A DNA stretch of 64,000 bases from Ginglymostoma cirratum (GCA_024137785.1 JAHRHZ010000140.1:30609687-30673686), one strand, 5' to 3'; shown: positions 11,146 to 25,089, counted from the first letter of the stretch. Numbers and translations are program-made. The notes: generated by a model not told the origin, from the sequence alone.

Positions 11146-14100
11146 TAAAGTGTCTTTTTTAAACATACTGTTCCATTCGTTGTGGCCATCATTTGAGGAT
11201 AGACATGAGAAGCTGATATCATTAAAAGAATCCATCAGGTCGTTTAGTAACACCTCCTTTAGATTTGATGGTCAGTAGTATTCATGCTAGCACGAGACAA
11301 TAGTCAGATTTAACAATCATCTACCTGTAGCTGTGTGTTTAAGTGTGAAAGTCAATGACTTTAGATTCAGGATGTTATAAATATCAGATGTTTTAAATTA
11401 TTAAAAAACAATAAGGTGACTGAATTAAATTGAATAATTATTCTAACTTTCTTCTAAATTTATGTATTTACATTGGTTTGCATATATTGTGAAAGTGATA
11501 TCAATGGTTAATCACAATATATTAATTTAAATCATTTATAAAATTTCAATTTCTTTCATATTTGTATAGATATTGCCATCCCATAGATCAATTAGAATGG
11601 CTATGATTATTGGAAACCTTGCTGAAAAATAGCTTTCGACTAAAAAGCCTGTTTCTTTATATTGAATTGCATGGTTCTGATTTATTCACTGAAATAAAAA
11701 AAAACAATACCTGTGGGGAAAGGGGTGTCTGCCAAGAGCAGCGGTGTTTTTTACATCCAACTGTTTTATTTTTCAAATGGCAACATCACTGCTTGTATCA
11801 TTTAAAGGAGGTCGAGTTGTATTTGGGCAGCTCTTTTAATTCATTTTGATGACTTTTAAATTAGGTAGCACAGGTCGACGAGAAAAGGAATACAGCATCA
11901 CACACCTTAAGGCAGAATGATGTGTTACAGTTGATTCTTCCTTAGATTTTCTGAAGTGTCTAAATCACCAAAAGGCTTCTTTGTAATACTGTCAAATAAA
12001 CATTAAGACAGCAATGTGAGAACTGTATGACAATGGGGCACATTATGCCAGAGTAAATTTATGTTTACATCGCTAAGGAAAGATGCATTTGGTCATTTTC
12101 AAAGTGAGTTCTTGAACCAGATCACTTTCGTATGTTGTTTTTGTAATCTTCAGCATGCTTTGTTAGATTAATATGTCCAGGAATGTATATTTATTTTTCA
12201 TTTCCCTCTCCCAATCAGCATTGTGTTTATAAGTGGCTGCCTTGGATAGTCAATTGCAGGTTTAACAAAATGCCCAGCCTGAGCCAATTGATTCATATAC
12301 TAGGTCAAGCTTTGAAGTTCAGTAGATGCATAAATGCAAAACATTTTAGAATTATTGAGCGCATGATAATTATAGGAGGAATATTTGGAAGATTCAACAA
12401 GGTAATGTTGAAATATTTCAAAAAGGATTTGTACTGCATGAGGTCACATATGCTTAACTGCATTCCATTGGGCAGAGAGATTACTTCAAGAAGTAGACAG
12501 AAAGCAGTCTGGAGAAGATTCTTATTAATAATTTGCACAAACGTAGTGCATCCTTTAATCTCCCATCACAGGGTTTCAGACTTAATAAATCAATGAGTCA
12601 ATTTAATTGGTCAAATTAATCAGATAACTATAGAAACTCAATACAGGACTGTAAGCTTACACCTGCACTGTGGATGTGTAAACTCAGCAGTGTTTCTCAT
12701 TATTCTGACTTTCCTGTTTTACAAAGAATTTGACCTATGGATGATCTTCCTGCATTTTTGGTAATCTTTAGCACACTGGATTAATTTAACTATGTCAAAA
12801 CAGGTCTAAACGTTTGACTCAATGGAATTCAATATGATGGAAACTGGACAATTTATGGAATATCATGGGATGATATAAAAGAAGCCATATGAAGTAGATT
12901 TTAATACAATCACTTAACTGCCTTAAAGAATGCTTATGCTAACATTCAGCCTCTTTTCCAAGCTTGCACTTGTATTGGTCAGAATATAGTGGATGGAAGA
13001 ACATTCCAGAAAGCCAAAGTTATTCAATGCGTCACTGTGTATTATTGAACCTTGTGGGTTAATGGCTGGTTCAGAGAGCCCTGCAGATGCAACATATTAA
13101 TATAATCATCTGCAAATTGATTCAGGTGCTTCCTGACTTCACTGCCTAGTTGGATTAACATGGTACAATATCACATCTACCTTTATATGATGTCATACAG
13201 TCTGAAGAATAGCAGAAGACACTGACATATTGAATGGCCTGATGACATCAAAATCCATGGAAGCAAAGGTCTACATTAATGAGGGAACTTTAATTCAATT
13301 TAATAGATGGCAGTCAGCTATGATCATAATTTGAACTGAAGTTGTGTGGTAACAGAAGATGCACTGACATTGGGTATTCATTTCAATATCCGACAAGGAA
13401 TAGCAAGACTGTAAGTGAGGACTGCAGGGATACACTGTTAACCTGAGTTACCCAGAAATGCACAAGAATGTATGATGTAGCACAAAGCTGAAAGCCATGT
13501 TTAGTATTGTGCCAGTTATTTCAACTTCTACAGGACTTAGATGCTAGTCCCAATCACTTATTTTGTTTTCTGAATATTTTAATTATAAGTACAAAACTAA
13601 CTGCCCCAAGACACACCAATTTTACAATGAGGGTTTCAATGTGTGTTCAATCTCTTCTCTGCTTGTACAATATGCCCAACCTGTTTCAGACATGGGTACT
13701 ATATGATAATACTTTTTTTCCCAAATTTGATAGGCAGTGCTCTCACTGTTACAAATGATTGCGCGCTTCCTGTCTGCGAGATTGCAGATATAACAGTCTG
13801 ATTAGTATCTGATAAGCAGGCCCTGTATAGACAAGAGTTTCTTGTAATGCTTAATTTCACATCTTGAAGTACATTTACTCACTGAGTCAACAGTAGTCTA
13901 ACAATTTGGCATTATTAAGGAAAACCAAATTGAAAATTCAATATTTAGTATCTCTAAAATCAGATAATTAAAGCTTAATTGTCTAATTTAGTGAACTTTT
14001 AATGACTCACATCATTTACTTTGTTTAATCATTTTTAGCGTGTTCAACCACAGCTGTGCATGCCCGTTTACCCACTGACTGACTCAGTCCAGCACCCACA

Positions 14101-15020
14101 AAGAGTCATGTCATTCATAATAGCACATTTCTGGGTTTCGAAAACCCAGTGGACCCATTTCAAGTCCGAGCTCTGAGGACTTGGTATTGTGCTTTATTAT
14201 AGCCTTGAACTGGAATGTTTAATGTGACTGGCCGAGGAGCTGTCACTTGTTATAAAGCAGTGTCATTATTCTATACTAATTGATGGTATCAGGCAGTAGA
14301 ATTGAGTGGGCGATATTGCCCACAGCCATCACAGCACAAGCTCGTTAGTTGCTACGTGAATGAAGGATTAGTTTGAAATCTTACGGGATGTAGGTGATGC
14401 TCACCAAATTCTGGAATTCAATTTATGTTTTTTTCTCAATGATATTTTTACCATATTCATAATAAAATCTGTGTCAGTAGCCTGGCAATAGTAAAGAGAG
14501 CAGTCATGATTATTAGCACAATATCAATGAAAGTGAGTTCATCTGTTCTGAAGTTGATAAAACTGCCGGGTGAAAAATTGAGGAGCTGATTATCCATGAA
14601 GGCAGTAAAACTGAAGGAAAAGCACAGAGGAGGGGAAAGGGTAATGATGGAACAATAGAGGAAGGTTATAAAACTGAAGTTATACACAATTTTTGCATAA
14701 ATGTAAAGTGGTTTTGCTTGTGCATTAACATGTAAGCAGCAGTATACTTTGGGAGTCAGTTTATGATCAGTCTCCTGAGCACATTAAAGCCACCTCAGAC
14801 TACTTTGCCTTCCCAGTAGGTAGAGTATAAATCTAGACTGATTTGAAGCTGTGTTTTTTCAGACCGTCCACTGGACCTCTTGGACACACTCTAATGTTAG
14901 ACAAGAGGTTTTTGTTGTCATGCAAAAGCAGACGCTGCTGCTTGCCTTTTTCTAATGCATGTTGGACAGAATCACTGCTAGGCATAACTGATAGCATAGG
15001 TTTAAAAAAAGCACGGAAAC

Positions 15021-15425
15021 ACTGGATTCTTATTGCACCATTCCCAAGCACGTTCCAAAATGCTTTACTGGTAATGAAATACACTGTAATGTAGGAAACA
15101 CAGCAGCCAATTTGCTCACAGCAAGTTCCCATAAACAGCCATGGGACAATGATCAGTCAATGTGTTTTTTTGCTGAGGGTCAAATTGTGGCCAGGACAGA
15201 AGGCTAGTGCCTCTCTACTTCTTCACAATAGTGTTACATAACTTTTATATTCAAGAGAGTGCTATCAAGACTTTGGTTTAATGTATGATCCAAAAGGCAG
15301 CATATCTCTAACAGTGCTGTACTGTCTCAGTACTGCAGTAGAATGTCAGGTCTGACTTTTGTACCCAAGTCCTGGAATGGGGCTAGAGCCTGCAACCTGC
15401 TGACATAGAACTGAGAGCGCTATTG
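15021..15425 (-). mobile_element. Deu-domain SINE (SacSINE1/AmnSINE1-like)
   Basis: Minus strand shows a tRNA-like head, then the Deu-type core (rc of ggtttaatgtatgatccaaaaggcagc...acagtgctgtactgtctcagtactgcagtag), then the tail (rc of gtaatgtaggaaacacagcagccaatttgctcacagcaag). Confidence 0.75.
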
Positions 15426-18169
15426 ATGGACATCTGCCTGTCCTGCTTGACAGACATTAGTTTCAAGGCAGACCTGCAGTAGATGTGGAACATGAAAGGG
15501 AAAGTAAAGTCAAAATGGGAGCGCAGGTGAGGGGACAAGAACAGTTCATATGTAATAAATAGGAGAATTACTTGAGAAATAGATTGAAAGGGAAAGTGTA
15601 GAAGAACAAAACGTCAACAAGGAAGCCAGCAATGTGAAACAGCTATTTTTGAATACTGAACCACAGCAAAAAAGAAGATGACTGATGTAGAATTGGGGGT
15701 AATTTAGCTTGTTACTTCCTAAAGGCATCTCAGACACCTAAATTGCTGTGCATTTCAGGTTATCTGAAGTTAACAGAGGACATAAGTATCGATTGACATC
15801 CTGTATGGTCACACAAAAATGTACAACTGCATTTTCTACTCAATTACTGTGCCAATCCGATTAGATTAATGATGGTGTAGGATAGTATGGCAGCTGGACT
15901 AACAGCTCTGAATGAGATACACCTTAGAAAATCTATACCACATCCTGTTTAAGGAACAGCTTTGTTTAAAGAAAGAGCAGTCTGCTCCTTGTATTGAAAG
16001 CATTTTAGATCCTAAGTAGCAGTTTCCTTACACGCAACCTGATTATATTTTCTTGCATATTCTCAGCAGTCCCTGATGTCACCTTCACAGCTTCGCATTT
16101 CCAGCCGCGCAGTGTATTCTCCTATTCTGCCTTCAAGCTGGTTATCACAAAGGAGTTCCAAATAAGTGTCACAGATGAGCTGTGCCATTCTATACTCGCT
16201 TTCCTCAGAGGGGATTTGATGCATTAAAATACCAAAGTAACTAGCACATTGGTTATGCAGTTTAGTAAGTGAGACAAATTCTGAAACTATTCTTCACTAA
16301 ATGTGCCATAATCTATAATATCTTGATGTTATTGTTTTGAGCTGGAATACACAGTTTTGTTTACGCAGAATCAGAAAATTTAAGAATGTGTTTGATCATT
16401 GTACTCTTGCCCTTTTTGGTTGATGGTTCTAATTCAGAGGATTTTGTGTTTTTAGAAATTTCCTTTCACAATATTTCTGGGCAGGCTTTGGTTGTTTGGA
16501 AGAATATTTTGTTTTACTCCAATATATAAGTCTCTTCAGGTGCCCTTCACCCTTGATGTTAACCTAAGGCTGAGCAAGACTGAGAGGACTGCATTCCAGG
16601 CTGCCAATATAGCAGCGACCGCCAAGAAATAAACTGCACAGGGTTTCAGTGAAAGGCACAGGTGTGTCACACGGTGGGTGTCGGAAATGGACCAGAAGAA
16701 ATAGTCTGACTGGCATCACCCGCTTTCATTATCTTCTCCATAATTATGCCACAGCTTAGATAGAACTTAACTTGTGCCATATGTGCTGATACTCCAGTGA
16801 AAGCGACCCCCTGTGCTGATGGCAGTCTGTCACGTTGAAGGCTGTCAGTGCTATACTAAGCACAATACATGCATAAGTGGGAAAAGATCCATGTTAAACA
16901 TAAAAGCTTGTGATAAAACTGTGGATGGTGTAAAAACTGTGGTTTCATAATAATAATGAATATTTTACCAATATGATTACTGACGGTCAGCACATTTTCT
17001 ATTTTATTATGATTAAATTTAAATATGTATAGTTATCAGTCTATGAGCTATTAAGAACAAAATATAGTGTCACTATGTGTAACTGTGGTGTCAGATAGCT
17101 TATTTCTATTGACAATTGAACCACAGTGGTATCGATCACGGAATTGAGGCTGCTGGCCCCAAATTTCTAGCATTGGAGAATATGGCAACGTCACTCTTCA
17201 TTGCTTTAAAAATGGGAAATTTAATCAGCATGAACAGACAGAGGGAATGTCATAGATAGGATTTTACTTCACACATTTGTTTAATACTGAGGTCTTAAAT
17301 GTCAGCTGTTTGTCTCCTATGTTCAGGAGTGCTATACAAGCATGCTGAGTGTCACTAACCACCTTTTAAATGTGACATGACAAGTAGGGTTATTTATTTT
17401 AAATGCAGTACAATAGCATAACTGTGGGATTATAGGGTGAACTAGAACCACAATGTACCTGTTTTTCATGTGTAAACTGTGTGCAGAATGTTATCATCCC
17501 AGCTCATGTTATTCCTGGTCAAGTCATATCCAAAGCTGAAACATGACTTGAAAGGTCATATTTTGTTTTGTATTGGTTTTAACAAAGTGGTCTCTTGCTG
17601 AAACATAAACATGCAAAACTGCAGATCTTCTTTAGCAGTAAAACAAAAGTTTATTAACAAAAGAAATGAAGATAAAATAGAATAAGCCGAACAATCAATT
17701 TATAACAAATTTCACAGTAAATGTATAAACCCATTCATCCCAAAATATTCCTTTATAAATTGAACAGATAAACAACAGCCTTTGTAAAGCATTCCAAAAC
17801 CCTACTTGTACAGTACTCACACCAAAGTCCCTGTCCCTAATGCCTTGATAGGTTTAAGTCACTTGAGAATTTAACTTATAGACTGGAACTACAAATGGCT
17901 TATTTCTGGAGCTATTATACACTTGAGCTTAAATATCCTCAGATTTAAATAACCTCTTCAGGATTTTAACTCAACACTTCTGGTCTGGGACTAACATTAA
18001 CTCTTTACTCCAATGTAATCTTCTTTCACTCCCTTCTCAGGAGCATCGGTTTACACAGCCATTTTCATCCAAGGACAAAACAAGACTGCTCAAAACTCAA
18101 AGTAAAACTAAAAGAAAAATTCTCTAGGCTGTCAGTGTTTCCCTTAAGCTTAAAAAAAAACAAGTTTCA

Positions 18170-18325
18170 GAAACATATTGCCAATCCTTCGCTGTTGTTG
18201 AGTGAAACTCCTGGAATTCCCTTTCTGACAACACTGAATACACCTACACCGCGTGGATTCCAACAGTCCACCTTTCCAAAGGTAATTAAGGATTGACAAT
18301 AACTACTGTTCTTCACAGCAAGTTA
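18170..18325 (+). mobile_element. CR1-type LINE 3' tail fragment
   Basis: ccttcgctgttgttgagtgaaactcctggaattccct...cctacacc...ggtaattaaggattgacaataa; similar to 38953-39157. Confidence 0.55.
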
Positions 18326-19303
18326 AAAAAGATTTCTACATACATAATGTGGCTAGTTAGGTTTGGACCAACACTTCTTATTTATCAGTTTTTTGCAAGT
18401 CCCTTTCGTCTATTTCAAAGGAAGAGTAAACATTTGAATACTTAGATTTCAACATTAACACTACCAAAAGCCTCACTCCACCCTGCCCACACTGAGTGAG
18501 ACAGGGCTGGAGGAAAGTGGTTTAAAGTAATCAAAAGTGTGAAGTTCAATCAACTTTTTGTTGCTGTTTTTACAAGGCAACTGTCACACAGGGTCTCCAG
18601 CCATGAAGAGGCAGTATGCATCATTCAAACAGAGCTCCAACAGGGTAATTGGGAGCCTAGTGCAATGTTTAAATTTGTTTTGCAGCTTCCTTTGGAGTTG
18701 TAAACATGGCAGAGAAAGGGATTTGGAAGTTTTAGGCTGCAAACAGATCCAAAACGTAATAATGGAATCCTGTCATTATCTCAATGCGTCTGTGCACAAA
18801 TTGGATTTTTTGTTGCATCTGACCTTAATTATACTCTCACTGCATAAGCTTTCAATCTTCAGTATGTTTACTTAGCAGTTTCTTCCATTTCTATAGCAAT
18901 TTCACATTTCTTAAAGTCGTCACATAATTCCTCGTTCTCACTCTGCTGTGTTCTCTACTCCTGCTCCCAGTTTACTCTGCCTTGTTCTCTATGTCACATG
19001 TGTTGAACAACCATGTGTTGGTATCAAGTGTTTCCATGGATCCTCTTTCTGTACTGAGTCTAAGGGCCTGAAGTGATAAAGGAAGGACCAATAGTGAGTC
19101 TAAGCAAGATGAGGTACTTGTCTTAACAACATGGTTTGGCTTATTATAGGATAACAATAGGTACAAGTTACACTAGCTAGTTAGGCATATTTACAAAGAC
19201 TATTAGGAACCAGAGATGACAGGTTTGAGCCTATCAGGATTTTGAGCTGGACTTCTTCCCCCAAGGCTGTATGCATTTCCAACTTTAACCCTATCAAAAC
19301 CAT

Positions 19304-19624
19304 GGCATGGTGTCCAGGGACCAGGGTTTGATTCCACCCTTGGGCGACTGTCTGCGTGGAGTTTGCACATTCTCCCCATGTCTGCGTGGGTTTCCTCCGA
19401 GTGCTCTGGTTTCCTCCCACAGTCCGAAGATGTGCAAGTTAGGTGGATTGGCCATGCTAAATCGCCCATTGAGCCCAGGGATGTGCAATCTAGGTGGATG
19501 ATCTGTTGGAAAAGAAGGGTGATAGGGATTGGGTAGGGAGGTGGTTCTGGGTCGGATGCTGTTTGGAGGGTCGGTGTGGACTCAATGGGCCTAATGGCCT
19601 GCTTCCACACTGTAGGGATTCTAT
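19304..19624 (+). mobile_element. HE1-type SINE with partial head deletion
   Basis: HE1 body and ccacactgtagggattctat tail; TSD aaaaccat at 19296-19303 and 19625-19632. Confidence 0.92.
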
Positions 19625-22600
19625 AAAACCATTAACTCATACAACATCTTATGCTAAACATTTTCTTCATTGATAACACTTTTATATTCAGGTATATAAC
19701 TACTTTGTCATTTACCACATCCCCAAATCCTTTCAAGTGTCTACTTTCAAAAAGTCATGTTTCTGAAAGTGTTCATTCTTTACCACTGTGGATCAAAGTA
19801 ATTCCTTTACCCAGTACAGAAAAGAGGATTGGTGGCAGCATTCTTGAAGACACTATAAAACAAGGGAATTAAAAGCTAGAGGGTTACAATTAGTATTGAT
19901 ATGCTACAGTAATAAAACACCTTTAACATGTTAAGAATAAATAACCACATTATGAAGCAATGACAGGAAAAATAATAATGTCTAAAATAGTTAATGCCAA
20001 GAATGGACAAAACAGAATATAGACTTTAACATCTTGGAGAAAACAATTCTTAAGCCACAGAATTGCTTCAAAACTAAATGCCAAATCTCAAACAGAACAA
20101 GTAAATTTGCTACTGATCTCAATAAGATCTACAGTTGATAATGTCATAAATCACAAAGATAGTAAAGCAGGCACAGGTACTTTTGAAAAAGTTCTTCAAG
20201 CTTTTATTAATTATTTTAATCTGAGAACAAAGGAAATTTGTGTACGCACAAGGTTTAACAGAATAATTCAGCATTCAGGTGAAACCATAGTTTAACTAAT
20301 GACCTCTACAGATTAGTGAAAATCTGAAACTAAGGAGGTTTGAAATGAGAATTCATATCAGACAGAATTGTTGGAATTATTGATGAGCTTAAGATTTATT
20401 ACAGTCCAACAAAGATTAGACTTTCTAGAAAAGTATTCAAATTGTTCCAGAAGTAGAAATCAGGAAGACTCACCAGCGAGTCCTGAGAGGAGAAAGATGA
20501 CATATCCACAGGAAAGCACCAGAACTATCCATGTTACAAGGTACAAACAGTCTAAAGGCATGAGTGATATGCTAATACAAACAGTGGGCCAAACAGAAGA
20601 CACTGACATTCAGAGTCAGTGCTGTGGAGTTAAGAAAAAGTCTCAAAAGCGTGAGAAATGCCCAGCTATAACAAAAGTATCCTAAGTCTGTAAAACAAAG
20701 GTCTAAAATTAAACTTTCAGAACACAGGTAGAAGTTGGGCACAATTTTTGAGCAGCAAAAATTGTAGTCATTATGAAAACAAAGATACAGAACAGCAATC
20801 AGCACTGGAAAAGATACTCGAGGCATTCCTAGAGGAAATTGATGATTCAATTGGCTCATGTTTGACAGAACATTTTTATATCAATTGACATCTTATTAAT
20901 GTTAAACTTGATACAGGAACGAGTGTCACCGTCTAGCCAGATTATTTACCATAGGTGAACAAAGAGAATTTACAGCCTGCAGAGATGAGACTAAGCTGTC
21001 CAGCTGGAATAACATCCTAGAGTAATGGTATGCAAAAAATACCACTGCGACACAAAGTGCATAAGAAAGTTGAAAATATATTGGTAGTTTACATTTTAAA
21101 TTCTCACTTCTGTGGTATAAGGAGTTCAATTGGTTCCCAGAGAACGACTGGTTCAGGAACTAAGTGATAAAAGATCTTTCAAGGGAGAACTGATTTACAG
21201 ACAACAGATTCAAAGTCAACAGTCTCCTCAAGCCAGAGATCTACCAGCCACCCAAGTCTGAAGACAGCACAATCTGGAATTTTTGTGGAAGGGGCAGTAG
21301 TAAGTATAAAATCAGCAAAATATCTGAATGTATAAACATCACGAAACATTTGGTGGCAGTTGTTGTATGTGTAATGGTTCTGAAAGGTTTAATGCTGGAA
21401 AGTGCATTAACCTTCACAAAACACTAGTCTTGGGTGGAAAAAGAGGATTTCACCTCAAGATCCTGATGGGTCAGAATCTTCATCCTTGGTCCCGATAATC
21501 AGAGTAATTATGGTTAACTACTCAATATAACTTGTACTTGATGCTATCTTGCAATAACTTGCATCATGTTATGAAGACAAGTATCACTTCATGTTAAGAC
21601 TGGCTCCTGCTTCATCATTGACAACTGCTAATTAAAACAGTCCTTAGACCTAATATAGAAAGTAGAATTGCAGCCCAGTGTTCATTGAGAGGGAGCGTGC
21701 AGGTATCCACTGGAACAATAGCAGTTTTTAGGGACTGGTGGGCACTGCAAGGGATGGGGTGCTTTATCATCTCTGAAAATAATATTTTTAACTTAATTTT
21801 GATATTTCTGTTGAAGTTCTGTATGTTTCCATTGATTGTTTGGCTTTGTTTTTGATACAATGTTCCACCAAGACTCTCTCTAACTTGTTTAAATTTTATT
21901 TGGAAAGGAGTAAAAAGGAGGATTGGTTGCAACACTCTACCCTAACCATTAGGTGGTAGTGCTTGGTTCTGCAATGCATATGATACTCCATACCAATTCC
22001 CAGCTCTCTCTAATGCCTTCTCCATTCCTGTGAAGCACAGTGAGAATTTTTGTTTTGTAATATATGCTGTTTAATTGCAAATTGTTGCTTGCAGCTCTAC
22101 CTCACTGTGCTTGGGGCTATGCCCTCTGGCATAAATGACATAGCATGACTAATGGAAAATGAATCTTTTATGCTCATGGTAAAACAGTATAAAGGTGTAG
22201 AAAACAAAATGCTCAATGGATGAAAGAGGAGAAAGGAATTGGAACTTGTCAAGTCAAAATGTTGAGCAATTACTTCGAATAGATCCACTAGTCGGCTACA
22301 GTACTGCACATTTCAAATATTGAATGATGATAATTGCTGAAATTATGTATGGCACATAGAAATAGGTCTCTGCTGTTATATGGGCAGGCCAGCTCACTGC
22401 GCTATATGAAATGCTGCTCATAGCAAAGTTTGCTGCCATCATCATCTTTAAATGTAGGAAAATTCAGGACCTGATTGGTCTGGTGCGGTGGAGGAAAACT
22501 CCTTACCAGGCTAGTTAGAAGACTTTCCTGTGGTTAACAAGGAATAGTTTATTGCATGTAGTGAGCAACTGTTTGCAAGTTTCCTTGATATTATAGAGAT

Positions 22601-22794
22601 TGCTACAGAGATTTTGAGGAGGACCGGATATTAGATCACTCTCCTTCTGCATCCTATGCTGCTCTGGCCATGGATCCACATGTCATAACTATTGAGGGAG
22701 TGCTTATTCTCAGTATTAACCCATTCAGACCCATATACAGCATCTCCCCCGCCAAGATTATATTCTCATTTAATTCATTCATGTGATGCAGTCA

Positions 22795-23166
22795 TTGCTA
22801 TGAATGTCATCATTTGTTGCCCATACCTAATTACTCATGAACCTAATTGTCTTCTAGGCCGTGTCAGAGGGCAATTAAGAGTGCACCACATTGCTGAGGA
22901 TCTGTAGTAATATGGTGGCTCAGATCAGGTAAGAATGGCAAATTTCTTTCCCTAAAGGACTTCAGTGAACCAAATGGCTATTTATGGCAATGGTTACACA
23001 GTCATGATCAGACTAACTTCTTAGTACCAGATTCCTTTTATTCTTGAATTTCTTGAATTCAAATTTCACCATCTGCCACATTGGGAATTGAATCCATTTC
23101 CCTAGAAGTTTAGTCTGAGACTGTATAACTAGTTCAGTGACATTACCACTGTGTTACTGCTTCCCC
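22795..23166 (-). mobile_element. tRNA-derived SINE with CR1-like tail (shark family)
   Basis: agagggcaattaagagtgcaccacattgctg...ttccctaaaggacttcagtgaacc...ttgaattcaaatttcaccatctgcc...taccactgtgttactgcttcccc; a second copy lies at 39510-39797. Confidence 0.75.
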
Positions 23167-24950
23167 TGAATTGTCGATGGTCTCCATTTGTGTGTATAAT
23201 GAAATTTACCACTGCTCCATCCGCTAATAAATCTCAAACTTTACAAATTCAGGCAACCTAGATCTTTCTCTACTCTCCTGGTGAGTGTTCTCTTGTGACT
23301 TGGAAGTTCCCTGGGCCAAAGACCGTTCAGTTTATTCTGTTTCTGGTAATCAGGAGTACGTAGTTACCATTAAACTGGAAGGTTTTTAATCTCTTGGATT
23401 TCTTTCACAGAAGATGTCTGTGCTGGAGAAACAAACAATTTCTTCCTGGTTGTATCTTGAATCATTGGGTATGAGTCATCCCTTCAATGGGTACCTTCTG
23501 TAGTGTTATATGCATAACATCTTGAATGCGTGCCAGCAGACTTATATTTGCAAATCACCCGTAGATTTGTGCTTTTAAATGTTAATTAATTTGGAGTCTC
23601 TTCTCCACCCTCATTGATGGCATTATTGGTGAAACCACCAGGTTCATTTATTTAGTTCTACCATTTAATGGTAGGTTCTATTGCCATCAGCTGTAATCCC
23701 AATTGAGTGCAGAAGTGTTTTTCTTGGTCAGTTTCTGATATAGTATCTGATTTAGAAGCTGCTCTTTATCTCAGAAATTGTTTTTTTCCCCTAGAAATCC
23801 AATCCTGCTTCTATTTGACTCATCTCTGAAATTAAGTCTTCCGGGAAATATTATTTCTGATGCCGTGTCTTCCTAATCTGGCTAAACATTTTTCTTGCTT
23901 AAAAAACCTTTTATTTTACAGGAGCAGTAGTTCTGCTGTTCTTTGCTATTATACTGCAGGGTTTTCTCATCTTTCATAGCTAATGGAAGATTCCTGATTT
24001 TTGTGGATAAAAGAGAGGATTCTTGCACTTCATGGAATTCACTGTGTGAATCCCACTGTTCACGGCTTTAAGAAATTGTTCACCAATTTATCATGGTTTT
24101 ACTGAATGATTCCCATTTCTTGAGATTGAAGGAAATGATTCCTACTATTATAATGGCTCTTAGGAAGGATCTCCTGTCTTTTCCATGGCCTGAATGAAGT
24201 CTCCCAAACTTTCCATCCCTGTTAGAACCAAAGTGCTTAAGCTTTCTATCTGCACAATGTTGTTGCTTTACTTACTGCTTTCATAATGATGTCCCCTAGG
24301 TCTGTAACCTCTTCGATGTGTTTTTATAGCAATGTCTCACAGTACTCACTATGGCGGTGCCTCTCAATGTGAGCTGTAAGTAATGTATTAACTTCTCACT
24401 TTTCCAGCCCAGATGACTACACCTTTTAAATTTCCCCTGGAATTTCAAGCTTTAACTCTGAAGTTGTATGATATCTGTTCACTTACTTCTGACTTGGGCC
24501 CTCTCCCACAGATACTCCCTTCATGAAATAGCAGGTATCTGTTTTGGACTTACTACTGCTCTTTCTCCAAAGAATTGCTAACTCTCCTGCTGCAGTATGT
24601 CTATGCAACATGCAGTTGTGGGAGTTTTTTGAATCCCTCTCAGTTGGAGTATGTCCCAGAGTTGATATGGTCCAAAACAACACTTATGCAGTTAATTCCT
24701 GCCTGCCTCATGGGGAAGTCTGCAGTCTTAGCCTGGTACACCTTTTCATATTGGAAAGAACCTCGATGACATCCCTAGTGCATCCAGAGCTGGCAAATCG
24801 GGAGGTGCAGGTATAACCTTTTCTCATTCAAAGTTCATTGTTGCCTCTACAGACACAGGTAAAATCATCCTCACTGCTGAGGGATTATAGTTGTGGCTGC
24901 AGGTGGTGACAGATTTTGGTGCAGGCATCATTAGACAGGTCATACACATT

Positions 24951-25089
24951 AAATAAAAACCAAAAGAACTGCAGGTGCTGTAAATCAGGAACAAAAACAA
25001 AGTTGCTGGAAAGGCTCAGCAGGTCTGGCAGCATCTGTGAAAAAGAAAACAGGGTTAACGTTTCGGGTCCGGTGACCCTTCCTCAGAAT
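24951..25089 (-). mobile_element. Short PLE-derived element, apparently young
   Basis: Perfect 12-bp TSD gtcatacacatt (24939-24950, 25090-25101); same family as 2447-2588. Confidence 0.88.
25054..25089 (-). ncRNA. Minimal type-I hammerhead ribozyme motif
   Basis: Minus strand auuCUGAGGA-a-GGGUC(accg)GACCC-GAAA-cGUU/aac: intact core, 5-bp stem II and palindromic stem III (ACGU). Helix I is only ~2 bp in this copy. Confidence 0.65.

Noticed and set aside
12183-12596. 137-aa ORF
   Set aside because: No recognisable domain or exon structure; more consistent with non-coding sequence.
14131-14149. Small hairpin ctgggtttcgaaaacccag (and similar short stems near 34839 and 55599)
   Set aside because: Stems of 7-10 bp are expected by chance in 64 kb.
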